The notes below the pieces were generated by a model, which was given only the letters and a program-made list of their open reading frames with translations, had not been told where the DNA came from and did no database searches. 23,933 nt of DNA from contig JBBIJD010000022.1 in NCBI GenBank assembly GCA_037446135.1, positions 1 through 23,933 on the forward strand, in the 5' to 3' direction. The stretch comes from Candidatus Fraserbacteria bacterium (GTDB taxonomy: Bacteria; Bipolaricaulota; Bipolaricaulia; RBG-16-55-9; JANLFV01). Below are positions 1 through 7,983 of the stretch, in pieces (position 1 is the stretch's first letter; each line of letters starts with the position of its first letter). The position numbers were made by a program, and so were the translations under genes.

Positions 1-71
1 CGCCTGGGAGGATTTGAACCCCCGGCCTACGGATCCGCAGTCCGTCGCTCTGTCCCCTGAGCTACAGGCGC
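1..71 (-). tRNA. tRNA-Arg, anticodon GCG (3' end runs off the window)
   Basis: Reverse complement reads GCGCCTG-TA-GCTCAGGGGACAGAGC-G-ACGGA-CTGCGGA-TCCGT-AGGC-CGGGGG-TTCAAAT-CCTCC-CAGGCG. Cloverleaf with a 5-bp anticodon stem and loop CT-GCG-GA. Confidence 0.95.
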
Positions 72-72
72 G

Positions 73-157
73 CGGAGGGACGGGGATTCGAACCCCGAGG
101 GCCCAAAGGGCCTTACCGGTTTTCGAGACCGGCTCCTTGCCGTTCGGTCATCCCTCC
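73..157 (-). tRNA. tRNA-Ser, anticodon CGA
   Basis: Acceptor stem GGAGGGA/TCCCTCC with G discriminator, anticodon arm CCGGT-CTCGAAA-ACCGG, long variable arm GGCCC-TTT-GGGCC, T-loop TTCGAAT. CCA is not encoded. Confidence 0.96.
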
Positions 158-163
158 TTGAAG

Positions 164-192
164 ATTATAGCAGGGCCGCTAGGACCCGTCAA
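164..192 (-). promoter_or_regulatory. sigma70-type promoter of the tRNA pair
   Basis: TTGACG (192-187), 17-bp spacer, TATAAT (169-164), 6 nt upstream of the tRNA-Ser 5' end. Confidence 0.9.
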
Positions 193-246
193 TTCGTGGT
201 TGGCCTAGCGCGCGATCGGTGTTATGATCTCCCCGAGGTAAGGGGA

Positions 247-840
247 ATGATTGGACTAGGCGGCCTGACCTTCTGGCTCGTTATCGGCTTGTTATCGGTG
301 CTCTATATCATCTTCCACTATTCCCTCTGGGAGCTCCTCCCGTGGTATCGTCGGCTCCGACTCAAGAGGCTGGAAAAGGCCCTCGAGCTGGATGTGGGCG
401 AACCGCTCCTCGCCGAGGCGGAGTTGGTGAACAGGCGGAGGGAGCCGGTCTGGCTCGCGCTGACCGCGAGGCGACTCCTCGCCCTCCGGCAGCGGGCTCC
501 AAAAGGGCGGGTCGAGCTCTTGGAGGAGCTGGTGCTGGGGGAGATCGAGGGGCTCCGCGAGCGGGTCCCTCCGATCAGTTGGCCGATGGTCCTGGTGGGC
601 ACAGGGCTCGGGGGCTTGGGGGCGCTTTTGAGCCGAGAGTTCGGGGACCTCTGGCCGCTGCTCCTCATCTTCGGGGTGCTCATCCTCCTCGCTGGCTTCG
701 TCCGGATCCGGCAGTATGAGCTCCTCCAGGGCGGGAAGCCCCTCCCCTACTGGTCCTTCAGCTCCCAGGGCCGAGGGCGGTTCCGCGCCCGCCGGTTCGC
801 TCGCTCCCTGAGGGAGCAGCTCGCCCAGGGCCAGCCGTGA
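247..840 (+). CDS. Hypothetical membrane protein, possibly with a bacterial PH-like domain
   Basis: ATG at 247 after a purine-rich tract. N-terminal hydrophobic helix, a further TM hairpin, and a 'WLALTARRLL...LGEIEGL' segment reminiscent of bPH domains. Confidence 0.6.
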   Translation: MIGLGGLTFWLVIGLLSVLYIIFHYSLWELLPWYRRLRLKRLEKALELDVGEPLLAEAELVNRRREPVWLALTARRLLALRQRAPKGRVELLEELVLGEIEGLRERVPPISWPMVLVGTGLGGLGALLSREFGDLWPLLLIFGVLILLAGFVRIRQYELLQGGKPLPYWSFSSQGRGRFRARRFARSLREQLAQGQP

Positions 841-904
841 CCGTGCTGAGCGGCCCCACGATGTGCTATACTCCCAACAATTCAAGTCAAGGAGGGCGAT
901 GACG

Positions 905-1255
905 ATGAAGCCACTCGTTCCCTTCCTAGTCCTTCTCCTTCTGGTCCTGGGCCTGAGCGGCTGTCTCCCCGGCCCGGGGGAGCAGAAGGTCGCCAAGACC
1001 GATCCCGTCTGGTCTCCAGACGGGACGAAGATCGCCTTCGCCTCCAACCAAGGGGGCAGTTGGGCCATCTATGTGATCGAGCTGGCGACGAATGAGGTCC
1101 GCCAGCTCACCACTGGGACGACAAACGCGATCGCACCGGCCTGGTCACCCGATGGGACAAAGCTCACCTTCAGCTCCGACCGGAGCGGCCAGTGGGAGAT
1201 CTACCTGATGGAGGCCGATGGGTCGAATGTTCGGCCGCTCACTGCGGGGAAGTGA
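905..1255 (+). CDS. Small lipoprotein with TolB-like PD40 (WD40-like) repeats
   Basis: GGAGG at 891-895, lipobox LSG-C, two 'P.WSPDGTK..F.S' repeats. Confidence 0.85.
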   Translation: MKPLVPFLVLLLLVLGLSGCLPGPGEQKVAKTDPVWSPDGTKIAFASNQGGSWAIYVIELATNEVRQLTTGTTNAIAPAWSPDGTKLTFSSDRSGQWEIYLMEADGSNVRPLTAGK

Positions 1256-1305
1256 GGTTTGCCTCCTCTCCGGCCCTTACGGTATAAACTGGCCGAGGTG
1301 AATCG

Positions 1306-2034
1306 ATGATCCCCCTGCGGGACTATCGTCCGAGCGGCTCTGTCCCCTATGTGACCCTCGCGCTGATCATCCTCAACGGGCTGATCTTCCTCTACCAGCA
1401 ACTCCTCGGCTCCCAGGTCGTGGCCACGCCGTTCGGGCGGATCACAAAGGAGGAGTTATTCATCCTCACCTACGGCCTCCGCCCTTACGAGTTCCTTAAC
1501 GGGGCCGACCTCTGGCCCGCCGGCCCCTCTCCCCTCTGGATTGGGCTCTTCACCTCGATGTTCCTCCACGGCGGGATCGCCCACATCCTCGGGAACATGC
1601 TCTATCTTTGGATCTTCGGGGACAATGTCGAGGGAGCCATGGGCCACTTCAAGTTCTTGGCCTTCTATCTGATCTGCGGGGCGCTCGCGGCCCTCGCCCA
1701 AGTGGCGATCAGCACCAAGAGCACTACCCCGATCATCGGTGCGAGCGGGGCGATCGCCGGTGTGCTCGGAGCGTATCTGATGCTCTTCCCCTATTCGCGG
1801 ATCTTGACCCTGATCTTCTTTTTCTTCTTCATCCGGATCGTCGCCCTCCCCGCGATGCTCATCCTCGGCCTCTGGTTCATCTATCAATTGCTCCTGGCCC
1901 CGACGGGGCTCACCTCCGGCGGAGGGGTGGCCTTCTTCGCCCATATCGGGGGGTTCCTCGCCGGGGCCTTGCTCGTTTACATCTTTAAGAAGAGCTCCGT
2001 TGAGGTCCAACTCTTCCGTCGCCGGTATTATTGA
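1306..2034 (+). CDS. Rhomboid family intramembrane serine protease
   Basis: TSMFLHGG..HILGNM, catalytic GASG, AHIGGF; multiple TM helices. Confidence 0.95.
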   Translation: MIPLRDYRPSGSVPYVTLALIILNGLIFLYQQLLGSQVVATPFGRITKEELFILTYGLRPYEFLNGADLWPAGPSPLWIGLFTSMFLHGGIAHILGNMLYLWIFGDNVEGAMGHFKFLAFYLICGALAALAQVAISTKSTTPIIGASGAIAGVLGAYLMLFPYSRILTLIFFFFFIRIVALPAMLILGLWFIYQLLLAPTGLTSGGGVAFFAHIGGFLAGALLVYIFKKSSVEVQLFRRRYY

Positions 2035-2221
2035 GCACCTCGCGGGGGGAAGGCTGCCGTCCCGAGAGGGGCTTCCCAATTCGGATCGGCCCGAGCCGCA
2101 AAGGGTGACGGACTTCGGGCGGGCTATAATCGAGATGGATGGGCGCCCAAACTCCGCGAATAAGGGGGTGAGAGATCGGTCGGGTGGCGGGAGCTGGGCT
2201 GCAATCCACGTCCTTACTTGG

Positions 2222-2249
2222 TGAAGCCACCGCCTAGGCGGTGGCTTCA
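2222..2249. terminator. Perfect 28-bp palindrome between convergent genes; likely terminator
   Basis: TGAAGCCACCGCCT|AGGCGGTGGCTTCA, followed by GCTTCTTT on the + strand and 12 nt past the M42 stop on the - strand. Confidence 0.65.
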
Positions 2250-2261
2250 GCTTCTTTAGAG

Positions 2262-3311
2262 CTAGAGGGTGTAATCCCCCTCGTGGGCCACCTCGAGGAA
2301 GGCCGCGACCAGGTCAACTGCCCCCTGGATATCGCCCTTATGGGCCATCTCCACTACAGTGTGGACATTCCTGGTCGGGACGGAGATCGTGGCCGCGGCT
2401 ACGCCCTCCTTCGTCAATTGCAGGGCCCCAGCATCGGTCCCCCCGCGGGGGAGGATCTCCAATTGATACTTAATCCCGTTCTTCTCCGCCAGTTCGACCA
2501 ACCGGCGGACGAGCTTCGGATTGGAGATCGAAGCGGCATCCTTCAGCTTGATCGCCACCCCTTGGCCGAGCTTGGTGATCTGCTCGGCCTCGTTCACCCC
2601 GGGGACATCGCAGGCAAGGGTCACATCGAGCGCGATGGCCACATCCGGGGAGATCTCGAACCCTGAGACCCGGGCCCCGCGGAGGCCCACCTCCTCCTGG
2701 GTCGTGGCGACCACATAGATATCGCACTTATGGTCTTGAACCTTCCGGAGGGCCTCGATCATCACATAGATCCCGACCCGATCATCGAGGGCCTTCCCCG
2801 AGACGACCTCACCGAATTCGACGAATCCCTGCTTCATGGTCACGGTGTCCCCGACCCGGACGAGCCGCTTCACCTCCTCCGCCGGGAGCCCCAGATCGAC
2901 GAAGAGGTCCTTGATCTCGACAGGCTTCTTCTTCTCCTCCTCAGTGAGGATGTGGACCGGCTTGGAGCCGATCGTCCCTAGAAGATCGCCCGAGGCGGTA
3001 TGGACCACCACCCGCTCAGCCAGGAGGACCCGCGGGTCGAATCCTCCAAGCGGCTCGATCCGGAGAAAGCCCTCCTTCTCGATGTGCTTGACGAGGAACC
3101 CGATCTCGTCCATATGGGCCGCGAGCATCATCTTCTTCCTGTTGTTGGCCTTGCCTGCCCCGCGCTTCACTCCCACGACATTCCCCAGGACATCGGTCCG
3201 GAGCTCATCGACGAGCCCGGCCAGTTCCGCCTTCACCAAGCCGCGGATCTCCTCCTCATAGCCCGGGATGCCCGCGGCCTCCGAGAGCCTCCGCAATAAT
3301 TCCATGGTCAA
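2262..3311 (-). CDS. M42 family metallo-aminopeptidase (TET/FrvX-like)
   Basis: AAHMDEIG, KALDDRVG, QEEVGLRGA, DVT, GGTDAG, RNVHT motifs. RBS GAGGAGG 6 nt before TTG (alternative ATG at 3305). Confidence 0.95.
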   Translation of the reverse strand: MTMELLRRLSEAAGIPGYEEEIRGLVKAELAGLVDELRTDVLGNVVGVKRGAGKANNRKKMMLAAHMDEIGFLVKHIEKEGFLRIEPLGGFDPRVLLAERVVVHTASGDLLGTIGSKPVHILTEEEKKKPVEIKDLFVDLGLPAEEVKRLVRVGDTVTMKQGFVEFGEVVSGKALDDRVGIYVMIEALRKVQDHKCDIYVVATTQEEVGLRGARVSGFEISPDVAIALDVTLACDVPGVNEAEQITKLGQGVAIKLKDAASISNPKLVRRLVELAEKNGIKYQLEILPRGGTDAGALQLTKEGVAAATISVPTRNVHTVVEMAHKGDIQGAVDLVAAFLEVAHEGDYTL

Positions 3312-3331
3312 GTCATTCCTCCTCGAGAGAG

Positions 3332-3361
3332 GTTATATCCCGTCCGCGCTCGCGGGGTCAA
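3332..3361 (-). promoter_or_regulatory. Putative sigma70 promoter for the M42 gene
   Basis: TTGACC, 18-bp spacer, TATAAC. Confidence 0.7.
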
Positions 3362-3389
3362 GTTAATTGATATTTGGCAGCCCTGGCCC

Positions 3390-3419
3390 TTGAACGGCCG
3401 GAGGCGGTTGTGGTAGATT
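3390..3419 (+). promoter_or_regulatory. Putative sigma70 promoter for the Lrp-domain operon
   Basis: TTGAAC, 18-bp spacer, extended -10 TG-G-TAGATT. Confidence 0.55.
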
Positions 3420-3450
3420 TTGGGGAGTCTATCGAAGAGGAGGTGGCCCG

Positions 3451-3684
3451 ATGGCGATTAGGGCTTATGTTCTGCTCCGCGTCGAGGCGGGGAAGCTCAA
3501 CTCAGTCATCTCTGCGATCTCCAAGCTCCCCGAGGTGAAGGAGGCCTACCCGATCACCGGGGACTACGATGCAATCGTGAGCATCGAGGTCGAGAATGTG
3601 GCCGACATCCGCGAGGCCGTGGCGACGAAGATCCACAAGATCGACGGCGTGAAGGAGACGAGCACGCATATTGCCTTCAAATAA
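3451..3684 (+). CDS. Stand-alone Lrp/AsnC ligand-binding (RAM) domain protein
   Basis: 77 aa, AYVLL...ITGDYD...IHKIDGVKETSTHI pattern, no HTH. Strong RBS GAGGAGGT. Confidence 0.9.
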   Translation: MAIRAYVLLRVEAGKLNSVISAISKLPEVKEAYPITGDYDAIVSIEVENVADIREAVATKIHKIDGVKETSTHIAFK

Positions 3685-4444
3685 GCTCCTGGCCCCCTGG
3701 CTAGGCCCGGCGCTCCTCTTAATCCTCTTAAGTTTAAGCCAGGCCGGGCGAGCAGACCTGGAGCTAGGGCTGGGGAGCCGCACCCTGGCGCGGGGCGGGA
3801 CCTGTGTCGCCTGGGCCGACGATGGATTAGCGGGGGCTTGCAATCCTGCCGGTCCGGCCCTGCTTACGGGACTTCGCTTCTCGTTCGGGCTGGCACCACA
3901 CGATGGCGAGAGACTCCTCAGCAGCTCGGCCCGCTGGGGGGCTCTCAGCCTCGGCGGGACCTGGGCAGATAGCGGGGCCGAGACGCTCTGGGCTGGGGCG
4001 CTCGCCCTCCGTGCTCGAGCTCGAGAAGCCTTCGCCCTGGGGCTCGGGCTGCATTACCATAGCTCTGGAGAGACCGATCTAGATGTAGGGACCATCTTCA
4101 GCATCGGGCCATTGCTCTCTGTGGGCCTGGTCTTCCGGAATCCCTCAGCCCGCGGTGAGCCGCTCACTCGGCTGGGTGCGCGGCTCGAGCTAGACTGGCT
4201 CCGCAGTGCTGGGGAGTTGGCCCTCTCCCCCACTGGGCCGGCTTGGCTCGGCTGGGGAGCGGAGGTGGTCCTCCTCAGGCCGCTGATCCTCCGGCTCGGC
4301 TATGGAGGCGGGCGATGGGCCGGAGGGATGGGGTTCGAATCTGGCCGGCTGAACGCCGACCTCGCCTTCGTCTTAGCCGGGGGAGAGCTTATCTGGATGT
4401 TCTCCACGGAGGTAATTCTCTTTCGGGAGGAGGTGAGAGCATGA
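3671..4444 (+). CDS. PorV/PorQ/FadL-like outer-membrane beta-barrel protein
   Basis: Signal peptide, then GLGSRTLARGGTCVAWADDGLAGACNPAG, which resembles the family motif G.RA.AMGGA.VA.ADD.SA..WNPAG. Alternating amphipathic strands follow (e.g. LRLGY). Confidence 0.7.
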   Translation: MPSNKLLAPWLGPALLLILLSLSQAGRADLELGLGSRTLARGGTCVAWADDGLAGACNPAGPALLTGLRFSFGLAPHDGERLLSSSARWGALSLGGTWADSGAETLWAGALALRARAREAFALGLGLHYHSSGETDLDVGTIFSIGPLLSVGLVFRNPSARGEPLTRLGARLELDWLRSAGELALSPTGPAWLGWGAEVVLLRPLILRLGYGGGRWAGGMGFESGRLNADLAFVLAGGELIWMFSTEVILFREEVRA

Positions 4445-4653
4445 TCTCGGAATCCTTGCAGCCCTTCTGCCCCATCTGCGATAAGTTTCTCTATGACACT
4501 GAGACGGAGTATCCTCATATATGTGATAAGCACCTGATCGATGAAGACCTGAAGCGGTTCTTCGAGAAGCTCGTCGCGGCGATCAATACCATCATCTCGG
4601 AACTGGAGGCCCTCGAGGGGGGAGAGGAGGTCGAGCTCGGTGGGGAGAGTTAA
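4441..4653 (+). CDS. Small hypothetical protein with a putative Zn-binding motif
   Basis: 70 aa, RBS GGAGGAGGTG, ATGA overlap with the upstream stop. CPIC-x14-CDKH, followed by an amphipathic helix and an acidic tail. Confidence 0.7.
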   Translation: MISESLQPFCPICDKFLYDTETEYPHICDKHLIDEDLKRFFEKLVAAINTIISELEALEGGEEVELGGES

Positions 4654-6103
4654 GTCCTTCCTGATCGTATCGCTCCTCGTCCTAGCCCTGGGGAGTTGGA
4701 CCGGCTCGAAGCCGGACTCCTTCCCTCACTATCAGCTCTGGCTCGAGGTCAGCTTCGGCGGAGCCGGACCACAGTTCTCCGGCCATGAGCGGTTGGAATA
4801 CACCAATACTGAGGGCCACGCGCTGAACGAGCTCTACCTGCGGCTCTACCCCAACGGTGGGCTGACCTACGGGGCGGGGTGGCTCGCGCTCACCACTGCC
4901 AAGGTCAACGGCACCCCGGTCGTGCCAGTGATAGAGCTCGGCGGGACGGCCGCCCGGCTCGAGCTGGAAGAGCCTCTCCCGGCGGGCGAGAGCTTGGTCT
5001 TAGAGCTGGACTTCGTGGGGAGAGTCCCTCAGGACTTCGCCAGCTTCAGCGGCTCTTCTTCCTACGGGATCTACGACTATACCAAGGGGATGCTCAAGCT
5101 CGCCAACTGGTTCCCGATCCTCGCGCCCTACGACGAAGCGGGCTGGCACCTCGACCCGTTCTACAACTGGGGCGATGCCGTCTTCAGCGAGACGGCCGAC
5201 TTCGAGGTCTGGATCACCGCCCCGGCGGAGCAGGTCGTAGTCGCGAGCGGGACGGAACTCGAGCGGGCAGTGAACCCCGATGGAACTGCCACCTATCACT
5301 ACAGCGCTGAGCTGATGCGGGACTTCTTCGTGGCGATGAGCCCATACTTGAAGAGGCTTACATCAGAGGTCGGAGCGACTCGGGTCAATTCCCACTACTT
5401 TGAGGGCGATGAACTCGGTGGCCAGAAGGCCCTCGAAGTGGGGGCGAACGCCCTGGCGCTCTTCAACCAGCGGTTCGGGCTCTATCCCTTCCCCGAGCTG
5501 GACATCCTCGAGACCTCGCTCCCCTGGGCCGGAGGGGTCGAATACCCCGGCATAGTTCTGATCTCGGACAAACTCTACGGCTCGGCGGAATACATGGCAC
5601 GGCAGGAGCTGCAGTTCACCATGATCGTCTCCCATGAGGTCTCTCATCAATGGTGGTATAGCCTGGTGGGGAATGATGCGATAAGAGAGCCCTGGCTCGA
5701 TGAGGCCCTCGCGACCTACTCCTCAGGGATCTATGCTCAGGAGTTGCTCGGTGAGGCCGCTTACCAAGAGCTGCTCAGCGAGTGGGAGTATAACTACCGC
5801 CGGGCACGGGAGGCCGTCGATACCCCGATCACTGCCTCACTCGATCGGTTCTATAACAACAGCATCTATTACGGGCTCGTCTACTGCGGCGGGGCCCTCT
5901 TCTACCATGAGCTGCGCGCGGCCCTGGGGGATGAGCTCTTCTTCCCCGGGCTGCAGGAGTATTTCAAGCGGTTCGAATACGGTGTGGCCACGACCGATGA
6001 GCTGCTTTCCATCTTCGAGGAGGTCTCCGGCCGGGAGCTCGATGAGCTCTATGAGCGATGGCTCTTCGCCCCGGCCAGCACGGCACCCGCGGGGACGGGA
6101 TAA
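4640..6103 (+). CDS. Secreted M1 family metallo-aminopeptidase
   Basis: Signal peptide, GGVEYP (GXMEN-like), HEVSHQWW-x-WLDEALA zinc motif, VY.GGA. Confidence 0.93.
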   Translation: MGRVKSFLIVSLLVLALGSWTGSKPDSFPHYQLWLEVSFGGAGPQFSGHERLEYTNTEGHALNELYLRLYPNGGLTYGAGWLALTTAKVNGTPVVPVIELGGTAARLELEEPLPAGESLVLELDFVGRVPQDFASFSGSSSYGIYDYTKGMLKLANWFPILAPYDEAGWHLDPFYNWGDAVFSETADFEVWITAPAEQVVVASGTELERAVNPDGTATYHYSAELMRDFFVAMSPYLKRLTSEVGATRVNSHYFEGDELGGQKALEVGANALALFNQRFGLYPFPELDILETSLPWAGGVEYPGIVLISDKLYGSAEYMARQELQFTMIVSHEVSHQWWYSLVGNDAIREPWLDEALATYSSGIYAQELLGEAAYQELLSEWEYNYRRAREAVDTPITASLDRFYNNSIYYGLVYCGGALFYHELRAALGDELFFPGLQEYFKRFEYGVATTDELLSIFEEVSGRELDELYERWLFAPASTAPAGTG

Positions 6104-6136
6104 TTCTATTCTAGGATGACGACCCTCGGCCTCATC

Positions 6137-7918
6137 TTATTCTCCACTCCCGCCGGGCCGGGGCTCACCCCTCCCCCTGCGGAACCGGATCAGGTCCCCC
6201 TTGGTGAGGAAGCCGACCAGCCTTCGGGGGTCCTCCCGGGCTACGACCGGTAGCCGCCCGATCCCGTGCCTTCCCATCCTCTCCCAGACGACATCGAGGG
6301 TCTCGTCGGGATAGGCCGCGATCAGCCTCCGCTTGGCCACCGCCCCCGCGGGGAGGTTCCGGTCACGCTTGATCTGGGCCATCACATCCCGCCCGGTGAT
6401 GATCCCCACCAGCTTCCCCTCCCGGTCGACCACGGGGAACCCCTGGTGGCCGGTCTCGAGGATCCGATCGCGGACCTCCCTGAGGGGCGTCTCTTCTGAG
6501 ATCTTCTCCACCTCCCGGGTCATGACCTCCCCGACATACTTGGTCTTGAGGAGGTTGATCTCCAGATCCTGCTCGATCCTGATCCCCCGGCGGGAGAGCT
6601 TCTTAGTGTAGATCGTCTCTGGATGGATCAGCCAGGCGACGATGTCGGCCACCACGCAGGCGAACATCAGCGGGAGGATGATGTTGTAGTCCCTTGTCAT
6701 CTCGAAGAGCATGATGATCGAGGTGAGGGTGGCCCGGGAGACGGCGGCGAAGAGGGCGGCCATCCCTACCAGAGCATAGGCGGGATAAGGGGCAGCCACG
6801 AGGGGGAAGGCCGAGTTCACCACGATCCCGAAGGCCCCGCCGAAGGCCGCACCGATGAAGAGCGCGGGGGCGAAGACCCCTCCGGAGCCGCCGCTCCCCA
6901 GGGTGAGGGAGAGGGCGAGGATCTTGAGGAAAGAAAGCAGAAGGAGGAACCCCATCAGCCGGAACCCGGCCTCTCCCAGCCCCTGGTTCAAGATCCCGCT
7001 CACCGTCTCGTAGCCCACCCCGAAGAGCCGGGGGAAGAAGACCCCTAGTCCCCCGAGGAGGAGGCCCCCCAAGGCCGGCTTGAGGACCGGATGGAGCTTC
7101 AGTCCGTCGAAGAGGTCCTCCACCCGGTAGAGGGCCTCGATGAAGATGACTCCGACGAGGGCGGCAAGCAAGCCGAGGATGAGGTAGAAGACCAGCTCGA
7201 CAGGGTGTTGGAAGGCATAGCCCGGGATGGGGAAGGCCGGCTGGCTCCCTAGGACCGCGCGGGAGACGACCGTGGCGAAGACGGAGGCAATGACCAAGGG
7301 GACGAACGAGCGGGTCTTAAACTCCAGGAGGATCAGTTCGATGGCGAAGAGGACCCCCGCGATCGGGGTGTTGAAGGTCGCGGCCACCGCGGCGGCCGCC
7401 CCACAGCCGACGAGGACCTTGAGGTCTTGGGAGCCGAGCCTGAGGAGCTGACCGATGGCCGAACCGGCGGCGGAGCCGATCTGGACGATCGGTCCCTCCC
7501 TCCCCGAGGAGCCCCCGCTCCCGATGCAGATCCCCGAGGCGAGGGCCTTAGCCAGGACCACCCTCGGCCGGATCCGCCCGCCCCGTTCTGCCATCGCTGC
7601 CATCACCTCAGGGACCCCGTGGCCCTTGGTCTCAGGGGCAAGGTAACGAGTGATCAGCCCTACGAACAAGCCCCCGACCGCGGGGAGAAGGAGCACCCAT
7701 GGCCCAAGCCGATGCTCAAGGGGAGGGAGGAAGTGGAGGGAAGGCCGTTGGAAGAAGAAGAGGTTATTGATCAAGGTGAGGAGCCAACGGAAGAGGATCG
7801 CCCCGCAGCCCCCCAGCCCGCCGATGAGGATCGCCAGGGAGTTGAGCCGGAGGCTCTGCAGGAGGAGCTGTTGGAATTGGCCTTGGAACTTGAATCCCCG
7901 GATCGCCTCTCGTGCCAC
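6137..7918 (-). CDS. ClC family chloride channel/transporter with tandem C-terminal CBS domains
   Basis: GHGVPE, GREGP, GGVFAP and IYT motifs; CBS repeats (GFPVVD...LVGIIT, RLPVV...LVGFLT). Confidence 0.95.
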   Translation of the reverse strand: MAREAIRGFKFQGQFQQLLLQSLRLNSLAILIGGLGGCGAILFRWLLTLINNLFFFQRPSLHFLPPLEHRLGPWVLLLPAVGGLFVGLITRYLAPETKGHGVPEVMAAMAERGGRIRPRVVLAKALASGICIGSGGSSGREGPIVQIGSAAGSAIGQLLRLGSQDLKVLVGCGAAAAVAATFNTPIAGVLFAIELILLEFKTRSFVPLVIASVFATVVSRAVLGSQPAFPIPGYAFQHPVELVFYLILGLLAALVGVIFIEALYRVEDLFDGLKLHPVLKPALGGLLLGGLGVFFPRLFGVGYETVSGILNQGLGEAGFRLMGFLLLLSFLKILALSLTLGSGGSGGVFAPALFIGAAFGGAFGIVVNSAFPLVAAPYPAYALVGMAALFAAVSRATLTSIIMLFEMTRDYNIILPLMFACVVADIVAWLIHPETIYTKKLSRRGIRIEQDLEINLLKTKYVGEVMTREVEKISEETPLREVRDRILETGHQGFPVVDREGKLVGIITGRDVMAQIKRDRNLPAGAVAKRRLIAAYPDETLDVVWERMGRHGIGRLPVVAREDPRRLVGFLTKGDLIRFRRGRGEPRPGGSGE

Positions 7919-7926
7919 AGCCCTTA

Positions 7927-7978
7927 ATTTTACCCCTCGGGAGGGGATTTGAAAAAGCCCTCTCCCTTTGCTTAAAAT
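7927..7978. promoter_or_regulatory. Overlapping divergent promoters with a central inverted repeat
   Basis: + strand: TTGAAA (7949-7954), 18-bp spacer, TAAAAT (7973-7978). - strand: TAAAAT (7932-7927). Inverted repeat CCCCTC-GG-GAGGGG at 7933-7946. Confidence 0.55.
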
Positions 7979-7983
7979 CCCCC

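Noticed and set aside
14..208. 64-aa ORF
   Set aside because: Antisense to two tRNA genes.
2222..2249. Palindrome resembling an IS200/IS605 subterminal hairpin
   Set aside because: No tnpA/tnpB/iscB remnant or second end nearby; its position between convergent genes fits a terminator.
6137..7918. Fluoride-specific CLC-F exporter
   Set aside because: GNNLI and GREGT signatures are absent, and no fluoride riboswitch is seen upstream.
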